A stretch of 64,000 nt of DNA from an uncultured Acidimicrobiales bacterium (GCA_943788915.1 CALSSD010000013.1:186001-250000); one strand, 5' to 3'. Positions 39,567 to 49,964 are shown, counted from the stretch's first letter. Numbers and translations are program-made. Notes: generated by a model not told the origin, from the letters alone.

Positions 39567-41276
39567 TCAGCTTGGTCCTGACTGTGCACCACGCACCAGA
39601 CGCCCCGGCCGCTCACCCGTAAATTCGCCGTCGGCCATGGTCTCGATACCGAGCACGAACGTATGGCGATATCCCTCGGCTCGCTGGATCAGCCGTTTGC
39701 CGCCAGCCGGCAGATCGAAGACGAGTTCGGGGCGCCCGACCGACAATGCTCCATGGTCAACGATGTTGATGTCGGCCCTATAGCCAGGTTGGACAAGACC
39801 TCGATCGAACAGGCCATAGGTCTCGGCCGTGCGCCGAGTCTGCTTGTTCACAACGAACTCAAGTGGCAGCTTCTCGCCTCGGGTACGGTCCCGAGTCCAA
39901 TGACTCAACAGGTACGTCGGGTACGACGCATCGCAGATTGTGCCGACATGCGCACCGGCATCGCCGATTCCACAGATGGTGAATGGATCCGCGAGCATCT
40001 CTCGGATGTCTTCCAGGTCACCGTTGAAGTAGTTCTCGAACGGATACAGCAGCAGCGATGATCCATCTCCCGAGGACAACAGGTCGAGCAGGAGCAGCCA
40101 TGGATCCACGCCCATCTCGGCGGCGCGAATCGCAATTGCAGTCGCTGGATCGGGCTCGTAATCCAGGCTCTCGTCCATCTCATAGGAGCGCGTCAGGGCA
40201 TAGTCCATCCATGTGGTGTGCTCGTCTCGAGGCCGATCGGCGACCAAGGTTCGCCGAAGCGACTCGTCGGTACGCATGAGAAGTGCCCGTTCGGCCAACG
40301 GAAGATGAGCGATTGCTTCGTAGGCCGGGTTCGTGCGGAATGGATTCACGGTGGCATCGAGTCCGAGCATGACGCCGATTGGCCGACAGCCGACCTGACC
40401 TGTGGCAGCGATCCCGGCGGCGTTGGCACTGTGAATGTCGTCTCGGGTCACTTTCCACAACTCAGGATCGTTGTCGACCTGCAACAGAAGCACCGACAAC
40501 GGTCGGCCGGACAACTCGGCGGCCTGTCGAAGATGCTCGAACTCGCCGGGGCCAAAGTCCGAATTCACCTGCAACACACCCGCGTCAGCTTCCCGCATCG
40601 CCTGAGCGATGGCCGCGAGTTCCGGATCACCGGCGGTAAGGCTTGGCGTGAGGCGACCATCGGCGGCCTTGTGTTTGGTCGTTCGACTCGTCGAGATGCC
40701 AAGCGCACCCGCGGCTAAAGCTTCCTGGGCCAAACGACGCAGTTCATCGAGCTCAGTCTGTGTCGGCACCTCGGTGTGATCTGCGCCTCGTTCCCCCATC
40801 ACGAAAAAACGCAGGGCGCCGTGGGGCAACTGGGCTCCGATATCCATGACCCGGCTGGTCGCTTCGAGGGCATCGAGGTACTCCGGATAACTCTCCCAAG
40901 TGAAGTCGATTCCCTCGGACAAAACCGACTCGGGAATGTCTTCGACACCCTCCATCAGGTTGATGAGGTAACCCTCGCTGCCTCGGCGAACCGGAGCGAA
41001 ACCTACACCACAGTTTCCAAATACGGCGGTGGTAACGCCGTGCCACGACGACGGTGTCATGTCGGGATCCCACGTCGCTTGGCCGTCGTAGTGGGTGTGG
41101 ACGTCCACCCATCCCGGGAGCACCAGGTGGCCCTCGGCATCGACCGTCCGCGCTGCTGAGCCCTCGACCTCACCTACCGCGGTAATCACACCGTTGGTCA
41201 CTGCCACATCAGCAAGCTGGCGGTCTGCCCCACTTCCATCGACGACCGTGCCGTTGCGGATTACGAGATCATGCAT
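39567..41276 (-). CDS. N-acyl-D-amino-acid deacylase family amidohydrolase (paralog 3)
   Basis: [37 protein letters not shown]. Confidence 0.92.
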   Translation of the reverse strand: MHDLVIRNGTVVDGSGADRQLADVAVTNGVITAVGEVEGSAARTVDAEGHLVLPGWVDVHTHYDGQATWDPDMTPSSWHGVTTAVFGNCGVGFAPVRRGSEGYLINLMEGVEDIPESVLSEGIDFTWESYPEYLDALEATSRVMDIGAQLPHGALRFFVMGERGADHTEVPTQTELDELRRLAQEALAAGALGISTSRTTKHKAADGRLTPSLTAGDPELAAIAQAMREADAGVLQVNSDFGPGEFEHLRQAAELSGRPLSVLLLQVDNDPELWKVTRDDIHSANAAGIAATGQVGCRPIGVMLGLDATVNPFRTNPAYEAIAHLPLAERALLMRTDESLRRTLVADRPRDEHTTWMDYALTRSYEMDESLDYEPDPATAIAIRAAEMGVDPWLLLLDLLSSGDGSSLLLYPFENYFNGDLEDIREMLADPFTICGIGDAGAHVGTICDASYPTYLLSHWTRDRTRGEKLPLEFVVNKQTRRTAETYGLFDRGLVQPGYRADINIVDHGALSVGRPELVFDLPAGGKRLIQRAEGYRHTFVLGIETMADGEFTGERPGRLVRGAQSGPS

Positions 41277-41467
41277 ACCTTCGACCCTACTTCTGACCCC
41301 ACTGCGGTGACCGAACCGGCCGCCCCAGCCGATCGAGGCGACCATTCGATGGGACCGTTCGTGGTTCACGAGCCGTATGTCAGACTACGGAGCATGATCA
41401 CTTCGATGAATTCTGGGCCTGCACGAACCCAGCACCCAGTTGGTACCGCCCGAGGAGTACCAGCCAC

Positions 41468-42277
41468 GTGAACGAACCGCGTTTCGAAGGCCGGGTGGCC
41501 GTCGTCACCGGCGGCACGACCGGCATCGGCCGGGCCACAGTGGAACGGCTTCATGCCGAGGGTGCATCGGTCATCTTCTGTGGCCGACGCCAACAAGTGG
41601 GTGATGACCTTGCTGCAACCTTGGCTTCTGATCGTGCCGTGTTCGTCGCCGCCGACGTGACTGTCCGCAACGACCTCGAGCACCTGTACGACACGTGCCA
41701 AGAACGTTTCGGTCGACTCGATGTTGTCGTCAACAACGCTGGCAATGTTGTTGTAGGTCCCACGCTAAAACTGAAACCTGAGCAATGGCGGCGCACGATT
41801 GCACTCAACCTCGATGCGGTATTTGACAGCTGCCAGCTCGCGCTGCCGCAGTTGCAGTCCACCATCAATTCGGGCAAGGCCAGCGGGGCATCAATCGTTA
41901 ATGTCGCATCACTCGATGCGGTCCGTGGCGACCGAGGTTTTGCTGCCTACAACGCTGCCAAAGCCGGCGTTGCCAACTTCACCCGGTCGCTCGCGCTTGA
42001 GTTCGGCCCAGAGGGCATCAGGTCGAACACCGTTTCACCTGGTGCGGTCGACACTCCACTCACCACGATGACCACCAGCAACCCCACAGCAGCGGCTGCG
42101 TTCGAATCAGCGATCCCGCTCGGACGGTTTGGAGCGCCACACGAGGTAGCGGCAGCCATTGCGTTTCTCGCTGCCGACGAGGCCAGCTTCATCAATGGTG
42201 CCAACCTGCTGGTTGACGGAGGGGTGACCGCTGGTACAGGTCACCCTGATGTGCTGGCCCTCTTCGACATGCAGTAG
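41468..42277 (+). CDS. Short-chain dehydrogenase/reductase (SDR)
   Basis: TGGTTGIG, NNAG, YNAAK, PGAVDT. Confidence 0.93.
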   Translation: MNEPRFEGRVAVVTGGTTGIGRATVERLHAEGASVIFCGRRQQVGDDLAATLASDRAVFVAADVTVRNDLEHLYDTCQERFGRLDVVVNNAGNVVVGPTLKLKPEQWRRTIALNLDAVFDSCQLALPQLQSTINSGKASGASIVNVASLDAVRGDRGFAAYNAAKAGVANFTRSLALEFGPEGIRSNTVSPGAVDTPLTTMTTSNPTAAAAFESAIPLGRFGAPHEVAAAIAFLAADEASFINGANLLVDGGVTAGTGHPDVLALFDMQ

Positions 42278-42288
42278 ATTCGCCAATC

Positions 42289-43449
42289 GTGGGCACATTA
42301 TCGGGTCTGAAGATCGTCGAACTGTTCTGTATCGGCCCGGGGCCATTCGCTGGAATGTTGCTCTCGGACATGGGGGCCGACGTGCTTCTCGTGGACCGGC
42401 CGGTAGAACCCGACTGGGGGTATCCCGATTACCCGCACCGTTTCTTGTACCGAAACCGGCGCTCAGTACAGGTTGATCTCCAGACGCCCGAAGGTGTGGA
42501 AGCCGTGCTGGACCTCGTCGAGAAAGCCGACGGGCTGATCGAGGGCTTCCGACCGGGTGTTGCGGAACGGCTGGGACTCGGCCCCGACGAGTGTCTGGCC
42601 CGTAACCCCAAGCTCGTCTACGGGCGAATGAGTGGTTATGGACAGACTGGACCTCTGGCCCAGCGGGCCGGATTCGACCTCAACTTCCTCTCGCTCACCG
42701 GCGCGCTTTGGGCTATCGGCGAGGCCGACCGGCCACCAGTCCCCCCACTCATTTTGGCTGGCGACTTCGGCGGAGGCGGCGCGTTTTTGGCGCTCGGCAT
42801 GGTGTCGGCGATGTGGGAAGCGTCGAGATCCGGACAGGGGCAAGTTGTCGACGCTGCGATCGTCGATGGAGCGCTCAACCTAATGGCGTATACCTACGGC
42901 AATCTCGAAGGCGGCACGTGGAACCCCGAACGTCAGTCGAATCTCATCGATGGCGGAGACTGGCGGTACTGCGTCTACACCTGCTCCGACGGCCGGTTCG
43001 TATCGCTCGCCGTCATCCACCCGAAGTTCCTCGACAACTTCTTGGCCAAGGCCGATGTACAACTACCTGTCGAACTCGGCGACCCTGCGGATGTCGCCAA
43101 CTGGCCGACCTATCGCCAATGGATGGCTCAGGTGATCGCGGCACGGACTCGCAACGAGTGGGTTGAACTGTTCGACGCAGACGACGACTGTGTCCAGCCA
43201 GTTCTTGACCTAGTCGAAGCACCAAACCATCCGCATCTCCAAGCACGCGAGTCGTTCACCGAAATTGGTGGCACGACCCAGCCATCCCCCGCTCCCCGCT
43301 TCAGCCGCACACCTTCCGAGATCACCCGGCTGAGTCCGAGCCCGGGCGAAGGTGCCGGAGACGTTCTCCGAGACTGGGGCTTTTCCGACGCCGATATTGC
43401 CAGAATCGCGACACCAGTTACTGCGACACGGGCCACTGAGGAAGACTGA
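42289..43449 (+). CDS. CaiB/BaiF family protein, alpha-methylacyl-CoA racemase-like
   Basis: IGPGPFAGMLLSDMGADV, EGFRPGVAERLGLGP, AGDFGGGG, PSPAPRFSRT. Confidence 0.88.
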   Translation: MGTLSGLKIVELFCIGPGPFAGMLLSDMGADVLLVDRPVEPDWGYPDYPHRFLYRNRRSVQVDLQTPEGVEAVLDLVEKADGLIEGFRPGVAERLGLGPDECLARNPKLVYGRMSGYGQTGPLAQRAGFDLNFLSLTGALWAIGEADRPPVPPLILAGDFGGGGAFLALGMVSAMWEASRSGQGQVVDAAIVDGALNLMAYTYGNLEGGTWNPERQSNLIDGGDWRYCVYTCSDGRFVSLAVIHPKFLDNFLAKADVQLPVELGDPADVANWPTYRQWMAQVIAARTRNEWVELFDADDDCVQPVLDLVEAPNHPHLQARESFTEIGGTTQPSPAPRFSRTPSEITRLSPSPGEGAGDVLRDWGFSDADIARIATPVTATRATEED

Positions 43450-43451
43450 CG

Positions 43452-44441
43452 ATGCGAGCATGGCGAGTAAACGAACTCGGTCACCCAACCACTGCCTTGA
43501 GCTTGGAGGACATTCCCAGCCCCGAGCCTGCGGCAGGCGAAGTGCGCATTCGGGTCGAAGCCACCACCGTGAACTTCGCGGACATCTTGGTGTGCCAAGG
43601 CATCTACCAGGACAGGCCAGGGGTGCCATTAACGCCTGGAACAGAGTCGTGCGGGATCATTCAGGCCGTTGGGCCCGGCGTCGATCTTGCTATCGGTACT
43701 CGGGTAGCGGGGATGACCAACATGAAACACGGCGGGTTCGCCGAAGAGGCATTGGTCAAAGCAGCCACCGCGCTGGTCATGTCCGATGATCTCGAGGCAG
43801 CCGACGCAACCGTTTTGTACTCGACCTTTCAAACCGCCCACGTGGGTCTGTTCCATCGCTGCAACCTTGAAGCGGGCGATTGGGTCGTGATATTGGGAGC
43901 ATCAAGCGGTGTCGGAGCGGCTGCTGTCCAACTGGCCACCGCCCGTGGCGCTCGGGTGATCGCTACCGCAGGCGGCGAGGCGAAGCAGGCGCATTGTCGG
44001 ACACTCGGAGCAGAGATCACCGTCGACTCGACTGGCGACGGTGCTGCCGATGCACTGTACGAAGCGGCAATGCAGGCAACCGACGGCGCCGGCGTCAGTG
44101 TTGCGTTCGACCCAGTCGGCGGACCATTGGGCGAGGTGACACGACGACTCATGGGTTTCGAAGGCCAACTGGTCGTTATCGGCTTCACCTCCGGCTCCAT
44201 CCCTAGCTACCCGGCCAATCATGTCCTGGTCAAGAACTACACGGTGCACGGCATGGCGTGGGCCGAATATGCGGCACGACGACGGTCGGTGATCGAAACA
44301 GCCCACGTTGATCTCCTTGACCTCTTCCGCCAAGGACGCATCCGTACCGACGTCGACACCATTGCTCTCGATGCTTTGCCTGCAGCACTCGCTGCCCTGG
44401 AAGCCCGCACGGTGACTGGCCGCCTAGCGCTGGTGCCGTAA
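43452..44441 (+). CDS. NADPH:quinone oxidoreductase (MDR, zeta-crystallin-like)
   Basis: VNFADILVCQGIYQ, GASSGVG, FDPVGG, VIGFTSG, NHVLVKNY. Confidence 0.9.
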   Translation: MRAWRVNELGHPTTALSLEDIPSPEPAAGEVRIRVEATTVNFADILVCQGIYQDRPGVPLTPGTESCGIIQAVGPGVDLAIGTRVAGMTNMKHGGFAEEALVKAATALVMSDDLEAADATVLYSTFQTAHVGLFHRCNLEAGDWVVILGASSGVGAAAVQLATARGARVIATAGGEAKQAHCRTLGAEITVDSTGDGAADALYEAAMQATDGAGVSVAFDPVGGPLGEVTRRLMGFEGQLVVIGFTSGSIPSYPANHVLVKNYTVHGMAWAEYAARRRSVIETAHVDLLDLFRQGRIRTDVDTIALDALPAALAALEARTVTGRLALVP

Positions 44442-44519
44442 GTTGTGCGCAGCGTTACCACCGGCCTACAAAGAACAAACGCACGTTTGGACCCCTGATA
44501 CAAAGTATCTGCTGTTGGA

Positions 44520-44985
44520 CCTCGGACTTACAGTCGCAAGTTGTATCACCGATCGACCCAACACGGCGCACAGTCATGAAAGCAGCGGCAGGCGCCACAG
44601 CGATGTCGATCATCTGGGCATAACCGACAATCAAAGGCATCGCCCGCCGCGCCGCCTACGCGGCCGCCGCATCCACACCAAGCGGATTTGTGGCTGGGAC
44701 GACGTATCAAGTGGGGGTGAAGGTCGGAGAGATTACGCCAACTAGGGAGAACGGGATCGGAAATTTACGGCATTTGAAGTTCTCTGGGCCGGATAACACT
44801 ATGTGCACCTTCAACGCTGCAGATGGCGCAATCACGGTGACCAAGACCACGGGTATGGCAACAGAAACTTTTCCCATAACCCGACGAGTCCTCCTTCGGG
44901 TATCACGACGGATGTGGATTACAATTTCTTGGAGTTCACGGTCACAGAATCGTTCACCATCACCTGCGTACCTGTCGTTAGTTAA
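44520..44985 (+). pseudogene. Decayed gene for a small Tat-exported protein
   Basis: PTRRTVMKAAAGATAMSIIWA*PTIKGIARRAAYAAAAS twin-arginine-like signal with in-frame TAA at 44621; beta-rich mature part with a frameshift near 44850-44875. Confidence 0.55.
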
Positions 44986-45096
44986 CAGCGACGGCTTCAC
45001 ACACGACAGCGAGCACCGTAGAGTTCGTGTCGGGCGGCTGAACCCTCGGGCGGCTGCTCCGCAGATGAACGCCGACACAGAAATGATGAAGAAGCC

Positions 45097-46014
45097 ATGA
45101 AGATCGCTGTTGTGGGAACTGGTGCCATGGGCTCGGTCTACGCCGTGCTGTTCGCCGAAGCGGGCCACGATGTGTGGGCCATCGATACGTGGCCCGAACA
45201 CGTCGACGCGATCAATCGTGATGGGCTGAAGCTCACTGGGTTCACCGGTGATCGCACGGTCGAAGTCAAGGCCAGCACCTCGGTCAACGACGCCGGTTCA
45301 TGCGATATGTATGTACTTGCGACCAAGGTCGATGGTGTCGGTCCAGCCGCCCAGGCGACTGCGCCGCTACTATCGCCCGCTGGCACCGTGGTCACCATCC
45401 AGAACGGGCTCGGCGCAGCGGAGCGCATCTGCGAACACATACCTTCGGACCAGGTCCTACTTGGCGTCGCCCAAGGATTTGGCGCCCAAATGGTGGGGGC
45501 CGGACACGCGCACCAAAACGGCATGCAGATGTTGCGACTCGGTGAGCTGAACGGCGGCATGACCGACCGACTGCAACGCATCGAACAGGTGTGGGCCGAT
45601 GCTGGCTTTCCCGTCAAGGCGTTCGGCGACATCGAACAACTCATATGGGAGAAGTTCATCTGCAACGTCGCTGTCGGTGGCCCGTCACTGGTCTCCGGAC
45701 TCACCATCGGTGAGCTCGTCGCCAGCCAAGACTGGCGACCCGTGGTGATGGGCTGCGCAACCGAAGCCCACAACGTGGCGCTGGCGCTCGGTGTCAATGT
45801 GACCTATGACGATCCGGTTGCCTACATTGATGCGTTCGTCGCCAAGATGCCTGGGGCCACGCCATCGATGCGCCAGGATTATGAGAACGGTCGACGTAGC
45901 GAACTCGATGCCATCAACGCACAGGTTCCGCTACTGGGTCAGCGGGTCCGAGTACCGACCCCCTATAACGACACGATCTGTGCCACCGTGCGCAGCATGG
46001 AGACCACGTTGTAG
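45097..46014 (+). CDS. panE: Ketopantoate reductase (ApbA/PanE family)
   Basis: MKIAVVGTGAMG, TIQNGLG, IWEKFICN, PSMRQD, SELDAIN. Confidence 0.88.
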   Translation: MKIAVVGTGAMGSVYAVLFAEAGHDVWAIDTWPEHVDAINRDGLKLTGFTGDRTVEVKASTSVNDAGSCDMYVLATKVDGVGPAAQATAPLLSPAGTVVTIQNGLGAAERICEHIPSDQVLLGVAQGFGAQMVGAGHAHQNGMQMLRLGELNGGMTDRLQRIEQVWADAGFPVKAFGDIEQLIWEKFICNVAVGGPSLVSGLTIGELVASQDWRPVVMGCATEAHNVALALGVNVTYDDPVAYIDAFVAKMPGATPSMRQDYENGRRSELDAINAQVPLLGQRVRVPTPYNDTICATVRSMETTL

Positions 46015-46060
46015 CGGGCGTCGTTGTCTGTGTGGTGCTAGGTAGCGCTGCTGAGGCCTG

Positions 46061-46478
46061 TCAGGACCCGGCTTCATCCGCCGGCCGGTGGCGCAACAAC
46101 GTCATGTCGCCGGCATCGGCGAAGACCGGCTAGCACTCGCATGCCAACACGCACATCACCAGGTTCAACACTCTCGAGCGTCGTGGTGAGCCGAGGTCCC
46201 TCGTCGAGTTCAACGACAGCAATGATCGGTGTGGCGACATCGGCAAATGCCGGTGTGGTTGGTTGGCGGGCCACGGTGAAGGTGTACACGGTGCCCTCGC
46301 CCGAAACCTCGGTCCACGTGAGTGCAGGCGACAGACAAGCAGCACACCTGACACGGGGGTAAAAGACCCACGAGCTGCAGTCGTCGCAGCGCTGGATCTC
46401 GACGCGCCGTTGGGCCAACGCGTCCCAGAACGGTTGCGAGGTCGGGGTGGCGACGGGAACGATCGGAGCTGGTCGCAT
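46061..46478 (-). CDS. DUF35 Zn-ribbon/OB-fold protein, frameshifted near 46131
   Basis: QPFWDAL, QRCDDC...YPRVRCAAC, GEGTVYTFTV, VELDEGPRL; removing one base restores PVFADAGDMTLLRHRP. Confidence 0.85.
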
Positions 46479-46479
46479 G

Positions 46480-47694
46480 TCAGCCTCCCTGCAATACAAG
46501 AGCCGTTTGTTCGCTAATGATCCCGCCATTGCCTGAGACGAACATCGTGTCCGCGCACGAGAGCTGTCGTTCGCCGGCACGGCCCTGGATCTGGCGCACC
46601 GCCTCGACGACATGGATCATGCCTCCAGCCGCGCCCGGTTGACCGAACCCCAGCTGACCACCGTTGGTATTGATCGGGAAGCTTCCGGCATAGGAAAGGT
46701 CATGATCGTTCACGAAGGATGCACCTTGGCCCTTCTCGCAGAAGCCCGCGTCTTCAAGCGTCAGCAGCACGGTGATCGTGTAACAATCGTAGAGCTGGCA
46801 AGCGTCGACCTGGGAACGACTGATTCCAGCCATGGTGAACGCCTGGTCGGCAGCGTGGGCAATCGGGGTGCGGATCATGTCACGGGCGTAGGTATGAGTC
46901 TTGTACGCGAGCCGCTCGCCAAACCCGGTGACGAACACCGGTCGGTGGGTGCAGCGTGCCGCCCGTTCTCGGGAGGTAACGACGATGGCGGTACCGCCCT
47001 GGCATGGCATCACGATCTCGAGCACGTGGATCGGGTCAGCCACGACCTTCGAGGCCAGGACGTCGTCAATCGTGATAGGGACATCCCGAAACACCGCATT
47101 CGGGGTGGCGTTGGCTGACCGTCGTTGGTCAGCAGCAATCTTTGCCAGGGCTCGCTCGTCCCAGCCAAACTCCGCGGCATATCGCTGAGCGATCATCGCG
47201 TATCCGGCATTCTGAGCAACGTTGCCGTGGGGCACATCGAACTCGGCCTGGGGCGATCCCCACTCCATGCTGGAGCTACCTAGGGCGCCCCAATCCATAC
47301 GCGGACCCTTGGGGTTTGTCGGTCGAGGTCGGGGGCGAGACGGTACGGCACACACCACCACGTTGCACAAGCCAAGTTCGATCGCAGCAGCGGCCCGCCA
47401 CACGGCGCCCGCAGCGCTGGCACCACCAAGGTCCATGCGCTCTGCAAAGTTCACCTCCCAGCCGCAGTACTCCGCGACAGTCGCCGGCACGAAGTCCTTC
47501 GATTCACGCAAGTCGTAAGTGATCAGCCCATCGACCTCGCTCGATGCAATCCCACAATCTGCCAACGCTGTGGCTGCAATCTCGGCCCACTGCTCTACTT
47601 GGAACGACCTCGGCCCGCCGAACTTGCGCTCAGACGGCCATTCGGCGAACCCCACGAGAGCGGCGTCACCCCGCAACCCCGTCACGGCGCACAT
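46480..47694 (-). CDS. SCP2-type thiolase-fold protein (Ltp2-like), partner of DUF35
   Basis: MDLGGASA, QLYDCYT, LEDAGFCEKGQG, NTNGGQL, EAVRQIQG. Confidence 0.88.
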   Translation of the reverse strand: MCAVTGLRGDAALVGFAEWPSERKFGGPRSFQVEQWAEIAATALADCGIASSEVDGLITYDLRESKDFVPATVAEYCGWEVNFAERMDLGGASAAGAVWRAAAAIELGLCNVVVCAVPSRPRPRPTNPKGPRMDWGALGSSSMEWGSPQAEFDVPHGNVAQNAGYAMIAQRYAAEFGWDERALAKIAADQRRSANATPNAVFRDVPITIDDVLASKVVADPIHVLEIVMPCQGGTAIVVTSRERAARCTHRPVFVTGFGERLAYKTHTYARDMIRTPIAHAADQAFTMAGISRSQVDACQLYDCYTITVLLTLEDAGFCEKGQGASFVNDHDLSYAGSFPINTNGGQLGFGQPGAAGGMIHVVEAVRQIQGRAGERQLSCADTMFVSGNGGIISEQTALVLQGG

Positions 47695-47875
47695 CCGCTG
47701 GGTTGTTCAGTGCTGTGTGATCCTTCAATGCTGTGTGACAGCCACGTGGCCATAAGGTCCCTCACCGCGGAGATGGCGTTGCCCGGCCGGTCGGTCGGGT
47801 CCGCTCAAACCCTAGTTGAGCACCGCTCCCCCCTCGGCTGTCACCCGTGCTTGTCGATTGCGCCATGATGGATTC

Positions 47876-48748
47876 ATGAACCAAAAACCCGCTGCGCACA
47901 TGAGGACTCGCTTCAAGGTGGCACTTGCTGGACCGGCTCCCGTCTTTGCACCACTTTGCCTTGATCCCCTGTCGGCGCGGTTGGCGTCCGACGCCGGGTT
48001 TGCGGCCGGGTACCTCAGTGGTGGGGCGTTGGGCTTTCAGTACGCAGTCGGCGAGGCGCTGCTGTCCTACTCCGAGATTGCCGATGTAGCACGCCGGATC
48101 ACCGCCCGATCGGACCTGCCGCTGATCATCGATGGTGGTGTGGGATTTGGCGACGCAGTGCACACCGCCCGAGCCACCGCACTGTTTGAGGCCACGGGTG
48201 CCGTCGCAGTGGAATACGAAGACCAGGTCGCTCCCAAACGTTTACATCACCACATCGGCGTCGAACATCTCGTCCCCGCAAAGGAAATGGCCAGCAAGAT
48301 ACGCGCCGCGGTCGAGGCTCGCACCGACGACAACTTCCTCATCATCGCCAGGACGGGCGGCTTCCGCCACGAGGGTTTCGAGGCCGGCGTCGCTCGCCTA
48401 GAGACATACCGCGATGCTGGCGCTGACATCTTGATGGCGTTCTGCAAGGACGACCATCTGCGAGCTGTCGCCGACCGGTTTCCGGCGATCCCACTGGCGA
48501 CCATCACCGGGCTGGACCACCACACCAGCGACGAGTGGCAGTCCTTCGGGTGGAAACTGATCATCGACGCATTCACCTCGCAGGCCCTGGCCATCACCCA
48601 CACCCGTCAGGCATACACATCCTTCGCGTCGACGGGGAAAACCGGCGTCGAAATCGACGGTATGGGTCTTCACAGCGACCTGGTCGAACTCTGCGGCCTC
48701 GAACCGTTTCTCGACATCGAACGAAAGACGACCGAAGCCACAACCTGA
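47876..48748 (+). CDS. Isocitrate lyase / PEP mutase family protein
   Basis: DPLSARLA, LPLIIDGGVGFG, EDQVAPKR, FLIIART, AGADILM. Confidence 0.88.
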   Translation: MNQKPAAHMRTRFKVALAGPAPVFAPLCLDPLSARLASDAGFAAGYLSGGALGFQYAVGEALLSYSEIADVARRITARSDLPLIIDGGVGFGDAVHTARATALFEATGAVAVEYEDQVAPKRLHHHIGVEHLVPAKEMASKIRAAVEARTDDNFLIIARTGGFRHEGFEAGVARLETYRDAGADILMAFCKDDHLRAVADRFPAIPLATITGLDHHTSDEWQSFGWKLIIDAFTSQALAITHTRQAYTSFASTGKTGVEIDGMGLHSDLVELCGLEPFLDIERKTTEATT

Positions 48749-48863
48749 CTAGCTCGATTGCCGTGTGGCCTGCGCACCCGCTCATCTGCAGATTCGCGAC
48801 GTCGTTTGCGCATGAAACCGCTAAGCCCAGAAGGGCTAACCTAGGAACAACAAAGGAGCATCC

Positions 48864-49964
48864 ATGCCACGACGTTGCAGTGCACGAGGCACGACATCTC
48901 GCTTGAGTGTTCTCTAGAGCGCACGATCAACCCGACCACTGCGCTCGTCGTCGGTGTTCCTAACCCTGGTGGTTCTCGCCTCTGCATGCAGCAGCACTGC
49001 CGTGACCGTCGCCACCGCAACACCTACTGTTGTCGAAGTGCTGGCCACAGCCGAGCCTGACGTTGTTGCCCCCACCGTCGAACCCCCGCAACCAACGGCT
49101 GAGCCGTCGCCGGTTACGACACCAACGCCAATTCCCGAGCCAACTCCAATTCCCGAGCCAACTCCTACTGCCGATCCAAACCCGGTGACCGTCGATCCAG
49201 TCACCGCGTGTCAGGCGTACGTAGAGAATGTGGCTGATCTGATCAGTGCCGCATCTGAGCAACTGTTGGTAGGCGCAGATGTGAGCAGGCAATTGGGCAA
49301 TGAGACACTTTCTGAAGCCGATGCGACTCCGCTGTTTGCAGCTATCGCATCTGAGTTCCGGACCATGACCGATCGGCTGATCGCTCTCGGCGAGCCGCCG
49401 GCCCCAACTGCGGTGGCATGGGCACTTGTCAGTGAAAGCCTCGAGCTGTTCACCTCGGCCTACGAGGCCCAGGCCCGAGGCGCCGAGTTCGGCGAGAGCA
49501 CACTCATCGACAAGGGCACCCTCGACCTCAATGCCGGAGCAGAGGTACTGAGCCAGGTAACCGACGCATTACCCGACTGCACCGGCGATGGCGATACCGC
49601 CGACACGTCGACCGAGTTCGCGGTGCCCGATGAGACGTCGCTCACGATTTTTGTCCGCCTGGCCGAGTCCCTCCTCCGCACCACCGACTCGCCCTATTAG
49701 GGGACCTCACTTGAAGTCCTGACCGAATCTGCCCACGCGTCGTGCCGGGTTCTGCTTGCCGGAGGTGATATCAGGTCGGCAATCGAAGCTGCGATCGCTG
49801 CCTCGCCGCTGGCTGATCAAACGTTTGGGGCCGCCGAACAGCAATATGTGCTGCTGGTTGTGACCAGGGGCGCCGGATTGTGGTGCCCCGACGTCGTCAC
49901 CGACAAAGAGGCGTTCACCGCCGAGGTCATCACCACCCTCGTCGACGTCTTCTTCGACAGCTAA
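48864..49964 (+). pseudogene. Pro/Thr-rich lipoprotein with a C-terminal DUF732-like two-Cys domain, interrupted by in-frame TAGs at 48915 and 49698
   Basis: AAGGAG RBS and ATG at 48864; lipobox LASAC; PTPIPEPTPIPEP linker; frame continues 87 codons past TAG 49700 (AHASCRVLLAGG...AGLWCPD) to TAA 49964. Confidence 0.65.

Noticed and set aside
49128..49165. 18-bp tandem repeat as a regulatory or mobile feature
   Set aside because: It simply encodes the PIPEPT linker of the lipoprotein.
48864..49964. Genome-wide TAG recoding or pyrrolysine
   Set aside because: Many intact genes here end at TAG at their expected C-termini (e.g. 287, 7326, 15549, 30498), and no pyl genes are seen.
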